Shown: piece by piece, positions 28,351 through 42,700 of the stretch
How the letters are laid out: each line of letters opens with the position of its first letter
Position numbering within the stretch: the stretch's first letter is position 1
Source of the DNA: Antedon mediterranea
Taxonomy: Eukaryota; Animalia; Echinodermata
Assembly (NCBI RefSeq): GCF_964355755.1
Contig: NC_092671.1
Span: 26,300,070 to 26,364,069 of the forward strand
Reading direction: 5' to 3'
Length of the DNA stretch: 64,000 nucleotides
Notes under the pieces: generated by a model
Told to the model about the DNA's origin: nothing
The model's input: the letters and a program-made list of their open reading frames with translations, nothing else
Databases searched by the model: none
Translations under genes and position numbers: made by a program

Positions 28351-29564
28351 TAAGTATTTCCTGCTTAGGTAGTTAAGTAATAGGCCTATTTATCAGAAAT
28401 GAAGTAACTTATTTTTTACGCATAAACGAATCGAACATCTATGCTACTAAACCTTGCTTCAATTCATTTCAACGTTAACGTAAAAAAAAATCAATACGCC
28501 CGTGTTTTATGGGATAAATTCACAATGCATGATTTAACAATAATTTCAAATAAATTCTTACACATTTAGATTTATTAACAAAATTTCAACCAAACACGTA
28601 TAGTAAAACTTCACAAACGAGACTATCTCGAAAAGAAGCCCACTCAATAGTCCTGGGCTTCTTTTAAGGTTTTACGGTATGGATATTGTATCACAAAATA
28701 AAAGGAATACATTAATTGATACAATTTAAACCACGTAACTATACATAGTACTGGTAGTAATTCGAGAATAGGTCACGGAAAACGATAAAAAATGTACATA
28801 TTATATATATTAATAATAATGTATGCTAATGACCGTTGATAAACTGTATATAGGCCTCTAGTAATATATTAACACTTAATGATATATTTAAGGTTTATGA
28901 TAATCCCAACTAAACTTTATCTCAAAGTACCATACTTGTTTTATTAAGTACAGTATATTACTTGACTTGATGAAGAATAACTAAGCCTTCTTTCTCCTAT
29001 TTTTACAAATTGTATTACACTACCATTGTTAACACCTTGTTGGAAAAACACAACTGACGCAATTCAAGTTCAACATTAAATACATAATTGTTTCAATTTT
29101 TCTTTTTGATCCCATTATTACAACATCTTGATATATATTGAAATTTGCTTATAGATTTAAATCATTTGTTATACTGTACTTAATGAATCTTCACAAAGGG
29201 TATGAAAATGTGTTGCCATAGACGTAATTAAAATGCATTTAAAAAATTTTTAAAAGTATCAATTTAGTGCTAATTTATCTGTGTCTGTATTTGCACTCAT
29301 TTGAAAATGATGGTTAACACAATGATGTATTGAGTTGATTCAATTAATGTTTTTAAGTCCTTGTATTTATACTGTTGTTCAAATTTACATTATTAAATGA
29401 GCATATATTTTGATGAATGTTTGATTTGTGGTCCATACGATAGTTTATGCGCAGCAAGAGACATTCGGGATTCTTCGATATAGATGTAAACTATTAAATG
29501 TTATAATAAAATGATTATTATTTAAGAACATTTACAGCTTTATTTCTTTTCCAAATAAATTTGT

Positions 29565-29900
<336 letters not shown>

Positions 29901-30804
29901 TTGAAAGGGGAGGTGGAAAAATAAAAAAAAAAACATTGATAGAGATATAAGAGAACTTGTAAAGTGTGTAATCAAAACATACTTGAGGCACCCGATTCCA
30001 TTCTGTACTGTGTATCCAGATTTGACATTTTCTGTCAAGATTCTTTAATTAATTAATATATGTATCACATGTGGCGCATGTAAAATTATTAAACAAATAG
30101 GCCTAAAATCAATAACGTTTTATCTATACATAGGCCTATTTATTTTAACTTTTATTCAGAAGTATTTTAAACATGACTTTTACCATAAAAAAATATATGT
30201 ATGTGTTAATAGCCTCAGTTCAACCACATTAACGTTTATTGATGTACTGTAGTCGGGTCTCATTATTCTATAGGACTATAATTATTTTGACTAATAAGAT
30301 CACATGACAATTATCAAACTAATCAAGTGCACACACTCATCAACGTATTATTTGCGTACTTAGCGACAAGATACATGGCATGTCATTTTCCGGGCTATAC
30401 ATTTCCTTTAATTATAAACAATGTGTATTGTACCTATTCGTCTTAGTCTGACATCCTAGACATTTAGGTCTCACTTTTAATACTACTAATGTACACTTCT
30501 GAACCATTCAAACATGTTCTCTTTTGATATTGTCAATCACTTTGCTATAAACTATAATTATGAGTAAACATCGTTATAGTCGTCGATTGAACGTTATAAT
30601 ATCTACTCGAACACAACATGTTATTATTAGTGGGAGTTTGTTTTTTTTTTCATTTAAAGTAATCAAACAATGACATGTGACGATCAAGCAATAATGTCAA
30701 AATTTAATCACAGCGGTTTTTATTTTATTGTTTGAAGTACGTATCATACTTTCGTAATAGAAGGAAAATGGCGAACCGACATCTACAATTATTGTATAAT
30801 AAAC

Positions 30805-30912
30805 CGTTGCACGCGACTCTACAGCTCACTCTGTCGGTCGGTTGGTCGGATGGTCGTTCGGTTGGTCGGTCGGTCGGTCGGTAAACACTAACTAAAAAAA
30901 TATGGCCTTGTT
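30805..30912 (+). mobile_element. HINE/DINE-like element, copy 3 (internally deleted)
   Basis: GCACGCGACTCTACAGCTCACT-(GGTC)n-GGTAAACACTAAC..TATGGCCTTGTT. Confidence 0.75.
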
Positions 30913-32884
30913 ATTCACAGAGGTGTGAAATTAGGGTTTTCTAATCCACTTATTATGTAGCAGGTTAGAGTTTTGAGAGGAAGAAAGCATGTAAGAGGTG
31001 TAAAAGCCTACTTACTCTACAACATACAACACAGAATGCGAATCAATATGTTTACAACATTCTTAACTTGCAAAAACCAATAGATGCACTGAGTAAGTTT
31101 GTAGCTAACTCAAAAGTTTGATAATTTATGGCCTAGAGAATTTGTAATAATTCTGTGACGGTTCACAATATTGGTAAGTGCTCGTAATGTGACCAAATTA
31201 GTCATAATTCGGGCCCATCATCTGACATTGGATGCCACAAAATCTGGCATAATTTGAAATCTGGCTTAGTTTTAATTATAATGTATAATTAACGAAAATA
31301 TTGGAAATATTTTTTATTAAACTCCAAAAATGTAACTTTTCTGCTTAAAATGTTACTGTTTCTATTCTTTAGTAGGATGAAGTATGAACACATTCTAAAA
31401 ATATTAGATCTTGCATTGGAAGCATCCGTTTTCATTGGTCTTTGGCGTATTTCAATTTAGATTGTATTCGCTACTGATGTCATTAAGGGCAAATATCAGA
31501 CAAAACAATATAAATACATAATAGAAAAAACAATTTAAACATTACAATTATTCAATATTAATATTATCCGGAAGAGCAGAAAAGATGAGAGTGTGGAGAA
31601 GGGTAGACTAGAGGAAGCTTGGTCTTAGCTTGAAATCGGAGATAAAAGAAATGTCGGTCATTTCGAAGGAACATAGAAAAGGTGGAAGAAATGGATTAAT
31701 AGAATGGTACTGAAAAGTGGACCTCAGTCAATGTCTCTAAATGCACACAGATGTGATCATTGAATTTTCATTATTTATGGTATATAGGGTTTACATCATT
31801 CATTACCACGGGATTATTTAAAGAACTGCAGAACTGACAGTTTAGATGTAGAACGGATTCGTATGGTTAGAATAATAATAAACAAACATTAAAACGCCAA
31901 TTCCAAAAAGATGATCAAAGGAGTATTGGATCAAAGGTGCATTGTATCATGAAATTTGCTAAAAAATAAGTTTTAAAATTAATCTTGAATGAGTCAAACG
32001 TAGGCCTAGGTTACAATACCTTGCTTACCGGCGGCGGACCGGGTATTACTGGGGTTGCACAAAGCAAGCCTCAACATCCTATCTTATACGGTTGACGTTA
32101 AACTTAGAAGTTACATCCATTTCAAAGACATGCCATCATTATGATATTTCATGTGTTTTTAAAATACATGTTTGTAATATTATTAATATTAATAACCGAT
32201 GCGCTATCAGTGTGATAATGATTTAAAATGACAGCTACACTGTATCAATTTAAGTAGCGATGAGGTAAGGTCAACTTAAGTCAAATCAAATATAAAAACA
32301 ATTTAAAACAGATTAATCATGTAGAATAAATTCATTTGAATAATCAGAAAAACGATATTTTGTGAGGAATTTTGAGTAGTAAAATTAAATGTGGGATGCC
32401 TAGGCCAAATACATTAAATTAAAGCTGGGTAATAAATATAATGGAATGTGTCATGCCTTGATGGTTTGAGGTGTCTGTAGTCATAAATATTGTATATTGC
32501 GCAACATTGTTTCCATAGAAGCGTTAGTTTGCAACTTCTTCCTTTACTTTATTGTTTTGATTTAGCTTTTTGATTATTTATTTGTATCAATATTGAGATC
32601 CAGTCACAGAAATTTGCCTTTTCAATTTTATATCATATTTTTATATAATCTTTGTAATATATTTTTTGTCGACAAAACCACAAAGTAAAACAAGTACATT
32701 TCTACTTGATTGTGTATTATCCTGTATAAATATGTTGTTAAATAAATAAATATGGTGTGAATAACTGAACTTGAGGCAAGATCATGTTTTCTTTTATAGA
32801 AACTTTTAAAGTATATAATAACACTTTCAATGTCATTAATAGAGGAGTAGTAGGCCTACTATAAGTACAAATAGGTTTTGAGTG

Positions 32885-32977
32885 TCGAACCGACTACTGA
32901 AGAGACAAAATACGTCGAATCGACTACTGAAGAGACAAAATACGCTCAAACCGACTACTGAAGAGACAAAATACGCT
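32885..32977. repeat. ~30-bp tandem repeat x3
   Basis: CGACTACTGAAGAGACAAAATACG repeated three times. Confidence 0.9.
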
Positions 32978-34095
32978 CACTTGGCACGTTCTTATAGTGG
33001 TGTTAATTGGGCGTTAGTACGTACACACAAAAGGAAAAGAATTACAGAAACGCAACGATCTTGAAACGTGTTTTCTTTCTCGTAAAATTCAAAAATAGGC
33101 GACAAAATATCATTTCAATTACATTTAGAAAGAGATCAAAATTCGTGCGAATTTCCCTTCAAAGACAATTTAGTCGGTGAAGTTACAGTTTATCTTTTAA
33201 TCTAACTGATGCCAAAAATCCTTTTGGGAGTATACGAAACAACGTAAAACATTATTGAAATTAGACTGAATGTGTTCAGACCGTGGATTGAATGAATGCA
33301 GACGATTTGGCGCGCATGTGATAACAAACAGTCGAACCAGAAAGCCAAACCTTACATGACCATGCCGGAATATGTTCTGAATTGTCCTTAAAAAGAACAA
33401 ACAAAAAACAGAAGAAACCAAATTATAGAATATACATATGAGAACATTTCTATTAACAAATCCAATATTAATTTAATTATCCATAGACACAGAACACTGA
33501 CAGACAGAATTACCAAACCACGACGTCACGCAGGCAGTTTAATTTGTAATTATCATTTATAGATAATAGCATAATACAATGACAGGCCTAACAACATTTT
33601 AAGCAGACATTTTTTTAATTTACGAAATCGTATCATTTTAATAATCCCATATAGCAAAGTAAAGTTTCTAATAATTGTTTCATATGTAGAATACATCAAC
33701 TTATAATAATGTATTTTGTTTTATAAGTAACCATATTAATTTTATATTTATTTTTGTCTGGTTGACAAAAAGTTATAATAGAACACCACTGTAATAAATA
33801 TTACAATAAATGACACTGATTTATCATTCATTAAAACCACTCTAGACAAAAACCTCCAAATATCACAAACAACCGTCTATTTACTAGTGACCATAACACA
33901 AAACCATTACTCAATATCTAATTTAAGGGTGTTTAAAAAACATACAACATTTGGAGTTAGTTTTATGACCAACTTTGATACCGAGTTTGAATCGAAAACA
34001 CGGATGGATTAATTAAAATTAATGGACCTAATATATATAATCATTAATAATGACATAATATGTATTTTTTGTAATTGCTGCGATACGTTTTGAAA

Positions 34096-34232
34096 GTTGC
34101 CGTGACACTTAGATGCCACCGTAGTATATAGGTAGACATGAGTTGCCGTGACACTTACATGCCACCGTAGTATATAGGTAGACATAAGTTGCCGTGACAC
34201 TTACATGCCACCGTAGTATATAGGTAGACATG
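34096..34232. repeat. ~46-bp tandem repeat x3
   Basis: GTTGCCGTGACACTTACATGCCACCGTAGTATATAGGTAGACAT repeated. Confidence 0.85.
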
Positions 34233-34724
34233 TTTAAATACAAAAATGATATCACGTCTATCATTTTCAGTAGTGTTTTGATGATAAACATACAAGTACA
34301 ATATTCCACATTATTAATATTGCATTTTAGTGTTGACTTATTATAGTCCTCTCAAAATCTTGCAGTTATCAACAGTATCTCTTTATCTTCTCCTGCTTTT
34401 CTTCCCGTCAATTTCTCAGTAAATATTCTACTAACACAGACCATTATACACATCCGGAATACAGATAAACTTAAAGTACATGAATGCATTGCTGGAAGAT
34501 ATCTAACAATGAACATGAGGGCGTATAACTCAATATTAGATAGATAGGCTTATTTTCAGACATTATCTTCAACATTGTCTTTCTTGTTAAAATATGGGTG
34601 GTAAAACGTTCAAAATACAATGCAAAGGATGGATCATTAGTCCTTACTGCAGCCAATTTATTTTACTTTTTTTAAATAAAAATCCTGGTCCGCCACTACC
34701 AAGGAATTTTACTCTATCTTACTG

Positions 34725-35655
34725 TGGCCACAGACCTAATCCACCAATTGACATTAAATGTTTCCCGCTTGAATTCTCCTATGCTGACGATATTGACTTT
34801 CTTTCTGAACTCAAGAGTGAACTTGATAATGTCTTGCCAATTGTTGTTAAAGTTTTTAAAGATTGGAATTTATTTATTAATGAAAGCAAGACTGAGTTTA
34901 ACCATGTGTTTATTGATAGTAAGGACCCAAAATCTGAAGTATGGAGGTCTCATAAGGTCTTAGGTTCATTTTTAGATACTACTAAGGATATTAAGCATAG
35001 AATTATATTAGCAAATGTAGCATTTAACAACTTTAATAATGTGTGGCTTAAGAAAAATATTGCAACTGATTTGAAACTCAAGTTATATAATGTATTAGTT
35101 GTATCTATTTTATTGTATAATTGCAATAGCTGGTCTGCTCCCAAAGTTGTTATGAAAAAATTTGATACCTGTCCCACTTAAGAATTATTATTAATGTGAA
35201 ATATCCGAAAAAGATTAGCAATAATAAGTTATATTTGGTAACAAATACTAAACCTTTATCTGAGAATGTAAATAAACTTAGGTGGTCTATGCTTGGCCAT
35301 ATACTTAGAATGAGTGAAGATACTCCTGCTTTTTCAGCATTGGTGTTTGGTATAGTACACTCTAATCCAATAAAAGGGAGAATTGGAAAACATCAAACCA
35401 ATTAAGTACACTTAGAAATGATTTATTTATCAGAAATTTTAAGATAAATAATTTAAACGACCTAATTAATTTGCGTGAGATTGCCAGCAACAGAAATAAG
35501 TGGCTTTTGTTATTTTGAATCTATATTTTTACGTTATTTTATTTTTTATTTTTTTGTAGGATGCATGCATATAAGAACGTATCAGATTTTGTAAATCCAC
35601 AGTGCGTGGTTTTGTTACATTTTTTGGAATAAAGTTACCTATATATATATATATA
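34725..35655 (+). mobile_element. 5'-truncated, frameshifted non-LTR retrotransposon (RTE-like RT 3' part)
   Basis: RPNPP..FPLEFSYADDIDFL (RT YADD), KLKLYNVLVVSILLYN..W, RWSMLGHILR; AATAAA and (TA)n at the 3' end. Confidence 0.85.
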
Positions 35656-36610
35656 CTGTGGCCAATGATTCAAATGGTAAAGCACTTGAAGGTGAGGGCG
35701 TAATTTAAATAACTTTGAAATGTAGGTCTTCGCATACACCTGCTCAATTACTATTTAACTCAAATTCTAGCATTTACACTGTATATTACTATAATTATTT
35801 ACAATCGAAGCCAAGCAATGTATATATGATAATTTATTTACTCTATATACATTCTTATTGTATCTAATTATAATATAGTAAAAGCGGGATCAACGTACTC
35901 TTCAATATTGATTTTCAGTGGGTGAAACCGTAAAACAAAAGTACACGGTCGAAAATACGACGCCTCCATCATGTGTACTATTTTTGTCTATGATGGTCTA
36001 CTAAACCTTGGATTAAAAAATAGTAAAAGAGTCTTCTTACCTGTAAGGTTTGACGAAAACTACCATATATATACTCTCTAACTTCAATAACACCAACACA
36101 ATTTCGTTTTCAGTTTGATATTTTTATAAATCAAAACAGGTAAGAGACGTCTAATTCAAACATAAACATCCTTTTTGATTAACTGTATGCATATTTAATA
36201 CGTCACAATTGCTGAAGGTAACATACCACAATTTCTGACCACAACGCATCTTCATGCGTACGTGCCTGGCAAGCAGCCATTGAACACCAGACACTGAATT
36301 TTTCTTTTAATGCATGGTTTTACATCACCCGTGGCAATGCCTTATGGAATTATTAGGCATAAGTTATTTTTAAATAGGTAAATGATAGAGTAAGTGTGAA
36401 TTGTGTGCGAAAAAATACAATTCATTATAGTCTACAAACATTTTTTTTTAATCAAGTTTAGCAAACATACGTATAAACCTACAAAAAAGCAATCTGCATT
36501 CTATTCTGCAAACCCTAAAGTTTGGTTCCAACTTGATCCATCACAGTTCCTAGGTTCGTTGCGTCTTATTGGAAACCAAGCATTAGAAATGTAGAGAGAC
36601 AGCTGATATT

Positions 36611-36637
36611 TTATTTTGGTGCTGGAAACTTATTGTC
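36611..36637 (-). pseudogene. Orphan relic of the ABM-like gene C-terminus (DNKFPAPK*)
   Basis: GAC AAT AAG TTT CCA GCA CCA AAA TAA versus gene A GAT AAC AAG TTC CCA GCG CCG AAA TAA: 5 differences, all synonymous. Confidence 0.7.
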
Positions 36638-36789
36638 TTATTTTCAATACATTAATTTTAATGAAAGTTAAACTAGCGACATAAACACCCGTTTGTACGA
36701 TGTTGTTCCAGGCTACACCTGCTGCCGGAATACCGTACACAATTTTAATATAGCTACAACATTTTCTTACGAATTTTAATAAGCGATAT

Positions 36790-38720
36790 TTATTTCGGCG
36801 CTGGGAACTTGTTATCGGCATGAAACAAGATTGTTTCAGGCATGATCTTGTACAATGATGTATTTACTTCAGTGAACAGTTCTGGGCTGCTATTATCGCG
36901 AACATTTTTAACTAAGTCCCAAGTATTGGTTAGGTCATCACCTACGTCTGTAAGTTCGGCACGGAGGACGTAGGCAAATGTTTTACGTGGCGTGAATCGT
37001 CTGTACACGCCAACGTTTCCGACGCCTATGGATTTTGGTGCGTTGTCAGCGATGAACTGGGCACCAGAAGCTTCTTTCCAGTTTTCTTCAAAATCCTTCT
37101 TTCTTGCGTCTGTTTCATCATCCATCTATCAAAAAGTTATAATTGTACTTTTACTTGGCACCACCATAAATCTCTATTTTGTCCATTATGTTGTCACTTC
37201 TTTGCTGTCATCACTGTCGACTTGTCATTCGTTGTCACTAACAACGTCTAACGTCAAGTTCGTCGCCATCACCACCATAGTCAACTCTTTTGTTGTCGTC
37301 ACCACCACAGTATAGTTTGTCGTCATTATTCTACATGATTGACGATCAAGCTCCTGGTCATTATCGTCAAATGCGTCATAACGGTATTCTTCGTAACATT
37401 CGTATTAGAATACTGATACAAATTGTGTACCGGTATGACAAACTCACCTTAAAATTTGATATCAAAAACACCGAGTCATTACTTTTAGCAAGAGCTGGAG
37501 CCCACTCCTGGCCGTCCATGGTTCCAATCTCTCGAAAACCACCTTATTAATATTAGTAATAATACGGTAACTATTCATTTTATAACACACCTAAATATAT
37601 TCAGTGCAATATAAAATAGGATTTCATCTTTCACGTTAAGAAATTATTTGTTCCATTGCACGAATAAAAAACATTCATTTTTGTTTGTATATCTTAAAAT
37701 AATGACGGTTTACATCTTCCCTCTTAGAAAATAAATAAACTCGTCAGCAGTAATAGAATACGCTACAGAATTCCTTCGCAAAGTGATGCATATGTTCCAA
37801 ACACGGTGGAAGTAATATACGTGAAAAACCTGACCGTATCAATATATCGGCTTATCGAATGTATTCGCTTATCAGAGGTTATTCGGCTGTCATCGGGCGT
37901 ATTGGTACAGTACCGGGGTTCTTTTTATATCCCATGGATTCACATGACTGTATATCCTATTCTAGTATGCCCTGTGCACACTGAATACTAAATAATAAGT
38001 AAGGGGTTACCCCGGAGAACTGGTTCACAAAATAGCCCCTGTATCAGGGGGATTACCACCTATCTGATAGGACAGTGATTAATTCACTATTGGTAATCCT
38101 TGGCCACATTGCCTAAAGACATAAAATAAAAAAATAAATAAATAAAAAATACGATATGTGTTGAAATACACAGCTAGCAGTATGGCCGTTATCAAAATCA
38201 TCATGATTCTGGTTACCTATTCTAAAAGGTCGTACCTGGTAAAGCTATAATGGCATCTCCAACACTAGTCTTCTTCATCTGTTCCAACCACTCTCCTGCT
38301 GGAGGCTTAAATCCAGCAAAATCATCACTATCAAATCCGGCATAATTAACAAACTTATACAGAGCTGAGAAAACAAAATTCAGTTCAACTAGTTAGTTTA
38401 GTTGAACCTTGGATGGTTGAACATGCCTTCGAAAACATCACACCACTCTGACGGTTGGCATAAATTATATTTTTAGTATTATATTTTAGTGACTTTTAAA
38501 TACCAAAATAAAGTTTGCGTATCCTAATTTTGTTATGTATAATATATTTACCGTTTGGATCCAGATTTCTGTGCAACTGAGTCACACCAAAATGAGGTGT
38601 ACGCTGGACGTAGCGAGCCGTGTCCCACCAAGAATCAATAAAGGTTGCATAGCCATTCGGTGTCTCGGCTTTTGTAAAGAAATTGAAAAAAATCCGCCAT
38701 TTATTTGCAGCTCCAGACAT
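36790..38720 (-). CDS. ABM/dimeric alpha-beta-barrel-like two-domain protein, paralogue A (242 aa); exons 38720-38552, 38364-38236, 37542-37448, 37125-36790
   Basis: GT-AG introns in phases 1,1,0; exons of 169/129/95/336 nt join to an open 729-nt CDS; same structure in paralogue B; IFFNFFT..FIDSWWDTARYVQRTPHFGVTQLHR..KFVNYAGF matches the ABM monooxygenase pattern. Gene model is firm; product call is by eye. Confidence 0.9.
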
Positions 38721-39794
38721 AGTGCTTCTACTCCTTCTCTGTTGACCTACCAAATTAGATAGATTTCACTCACCGTTTTACTATATGACAGTGGCTCTAT
38801 TTTTGCAAGGTCATGAAATCCAATCTTTTGTTGATATTAGATTATAATTGTAAGAAATTTTCGACCAGGCCGTTTTCAAGTGTTTGTGGAAGAGTATTGT
38901 GTAGATATGATAATTGGAAAATGATTGACATTTTAGTAATTTAAATTAAAGATATTATATTGCAGGCTCGTCCATACCGTGATGGGCGGATTGCTATAAG
39001 CGCTCAATAAACAGTCTTAACGTTTAGCCGGCTAAAATTGTGGCGAAATACGTAGAGTGTGTTCAGACGGCGCTGGGTTTGTTATCTAACGCAAGACGTA
39101 TACGGTATAATCCGCTGCGTTAAACGCCAAGGTGTTCAGACACAACTATCGACATTCTAATGCCTTGCGTTTATAACACTCTGCTCAGGTCTACGCATAT
39201 AGGAATATGTAGGCCTAATATTGTTATTTTTAGTTATATAATATTACCGTCAAACATACATAAATTTGTTTCTGTTTGCGGTCTTAGCTAAGACTGTTTT
39301 AGCATGGTGGTCTTTTGTAATCGGGGGGTTTAGACCATCAGTTAAGATTTTTTTATTGCAATCCGCCTCTAAAACTGTCAAATAGACTCATCGGAGGCAA
39401 ACAATTCAGGGCGGCGACAGAAAAAAAAAATGTACGCACTTCTGTGTGTTTCTCAAAAAAAAAAATTGTACATTAATATGAAAAAGTAATATTTTATTCA
39501 TTTCTTTTATAGAATCGATTTAGAATTTGCCACAATAGGCTTTTTATTTCGACATACAGAGATATTGCCTGAAATATAACATTTTACATCCCCGAAGGAA
39601 TTACATTACAGGAATATTTATACTTTTACAAAGTTATTTTTCAATATATTTTCAATACCTTTGAATAAAAGTTAAACTAGCAACATAGACATCCGTTGTA
39701 CAAGGTTGTCCCAGGCTACCCCTCCTGCCGGAATACCGTACACAGTATTTTGACATAGCTACAATATTTTCTTACGAATTTTAATAAGTAATAT

Positions 39795-42700
39795 TTATTT
39801 AGGCGCTGGGAACTTGTTATCGGCATGAAACAAGATTGTTTCAGGCATGATCTTGTACAATGATGTATTTACTTCAGTGAACAGTTCTGGGCTGATTTTA
39901 TCGCGAAATTTTTTAACTAAGTTCCAAGCCTCTGTAAGGTCATCGCCCACGCCTGTAAGTTCGGCACGGAGTACGTATGTAAATGTGTTACGTGGCGTGA
40001 ATCGTCTGTACACGCCAATGTTTCCGACGCCTATGGATTTTGGTGCGTTGTCAGTGATGAACTGGGCACCAGAAGCTTCTTTCCAGTTTTCTTCAAAATC
40101 CTTCTTTCTTGCATCCGTTTCATCATCCATCTGTCAAAAGAGCAATATCTTAGTGTCGGTTCATGGTACTTTCCCTTCTATCTTCACTTTCACTTCCATC
40201 TATCACTTCCGTCTATTTTTCCGTACGTAACTATTAAGGCCAATTTACAAAGACGAGCGGTAACGGTAAGCGGAAAACCGCGTGTTCGACGTGAAATACA
40301 TATCTATTCTGAGCGGGGTTCCGCACAAAAATCCCGGCGTCCGCTCCGCGTTTTGTGTAAATGGTTATAAGAAATAACATAGATTCTATATTTTTGTTTT
40401 CCGCTTACCGTTACTGTTACCGCTCGTCTGTGTAATTTGGCCTTTACGGTCCACTTTGTCGTTGTTTAACTACCACTGCCTACGTTGTTGTCACCACTAT
40501 TACGGCCTACTTTGTCATTGTTGTCAACAACCATCATCACTTGTTTTGTCTATTTTGTCGTTACTATTACGGTCGACTTTGTCGTTGTTTCGTTGTCAAT
40601 CTCACAGCCTACTTTGTCGTCACCACCACTTTCCACCACAATGATCACATTGTCGTTTTCGTTTTTCCCACCACGTTTTACTATGGCGTTTCGTTCGCAC
40701 TCATTTAATAGTCATCACCACAGCCTACTTTGTCGTCACCACCCTTTCCACCACAATGATCACATTGTCGTTTTCGTTTTTCCCACCACGTTTTACTATG
40801 GCGTTTCGTTCGCACTCATTTAATAGTCATCACCACAGCCTACTTTGTCGTCACCACCACTTTCCACCACAATGATCACATTGTCGTTTTCGTTTTTCCC
40901 ACCACGTTTTACTATGGCGTTTCGTTCGCACTCATTTAATAGTCATCACCACAGTGTACTTTGTCATTTTGGTTGTCACCACTGTCACCACCACCGCTTG
41001 TTTTTTGTCGTCACCATTACTGTCTATACTGTGTCACTGTAATCACAATGTACACTCCCTATGTCGTCACCATTACTGTCTATACTGTGTCACTGTAATC
41101 ACAATGTACACTCCCTATGTCGTCACCATTAGGCCTACTGTCTATACTGTGTCACTGTAATCACAATGTACACTCCCTATGTCGTCACCATTACTGTCTA
41201 TACTGTGTCACTGTAATCACAATGTACACTCCCTATGTCGTTGCCGTTTTAACAACCACCATTACAGTTTACCTGTCCATTTAAGCTGTCGTCACACTTA
41301 AGGTCTACTACGATCTTCTACATCAACCAACGCAGTTTACTAAAAAAAAACTAAAATAATCTATGGCAGATACCTCACCTTGAAATTGGATATCAAAAAT
41401 ACCGACTCATTACTTTTAGCAAGAGCTGGAGCCCACTCCTGGCCGTCCATCGTTCCAATCTCTCGAAAACCACCTTAAATTAATAATTATTAAATAGTAT
41501 TAAAGTATATCCAATCCAGGTTACTAGGATGGGTTGCATCATAATCATGAGAAAATAAAACGGTTGAGAGTAGTCAAGCAAGCTATTTGTTAGGACGCGA
41601 TTATTCCACTGCGGAGCCACATGGCATATTTTCGACCACTATGGCATACCGTAATTATTCTTCCGGACATGGCGGCTTATTCGACTGTAGGATCATTCAA
41701 TTGCCCCTTTGTAGCCTGTATTCCTTACTTGTAGCCTTAGTCCATTCTTATGTAAAATATCTCCAGCTTGATAAGCCCGTGGTCAAAACAATTGTAAAAA
41801 TGTGTTACCTATTCTAAAATCATTTTACCTGGCATAGCTTCAATAGTATTTCCACCACTAGTTTTCTTTATGTGTTCCAACCACTCTCCTGCTGGAGGCT
41901 TAAATCCAGCAAAATCATCGCTGTCAAATCCAGCATAGTTAACAAACTTATATAGAGCTATCAAGAAAAAAATGTACAGTTAAAATATTCTCAAATACGT
42001 AATCTAATACGTCATTCGGACACTCCAGGGGGAGAGGGCGCGGGGTAGTGGTGATCTAACGCTACGGTCGACCTTTACAGAAGAAATGTATATCCCGATC
42101 TATATGTTTCCCTTTTTATCATGGTGCCGATATTGTATGTTCAACTTCAAATTATGTATATAATGAATTGCGATAATAAAGTTCAGTTAAAAAAAAAGAT
42201 GAACGAATCGTAGTAGTACTTAAATTCCGATAATAATACCGAAGTGAAAATAATGAAATAAACATTAGTCCAACTTGTAATATAAATTTCAAACGAAACC
42301 CGCTCAATCTACATTTATATTCAATTTCAATATTCACATTCATGATTCTAATCAGCATTTTGGCATAGCTAGTAATAGACTGCAGTTCTAACTATAGAAC
42401 TGAATTATCTCTACTCGTGAGTTACTTATTGTCTTTGTCATTCATAATTTATTCACTCACATTAATTAACAACATATAGTTACATACAATATTGCAGGGA
42501 TCTTACAAAGAAAAGTTTATTTTCTGTATTCGTAAGACTGGACCCCTTGAAAAGAAAAAAAAATCATAAAGACAATTTAAAATTCAATTCAATTTATTTA
42601 GTCATCGTTTATAATTACAATTTCAGTATATAATTGATGGCAATGATCCTGCATAAAGAAGTTTACAATTCTGTTTTCGCAGGACCCTTTTTATAATATT

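Noticed and set aside
34681-34692. NPGP as a second 2A motif
   Set aside because: Context FLNKNPGP lacks D[VI]E; it lies in flank upstream of a truncated RT
38217-38221. AG|AATAG|GT micro-exon conserved in intron 2 of both paralogues
   Set aside because: The upstream intron would be only ~14 nt and a 5-nt exon would break the frame; best explained as residual duplication similarity
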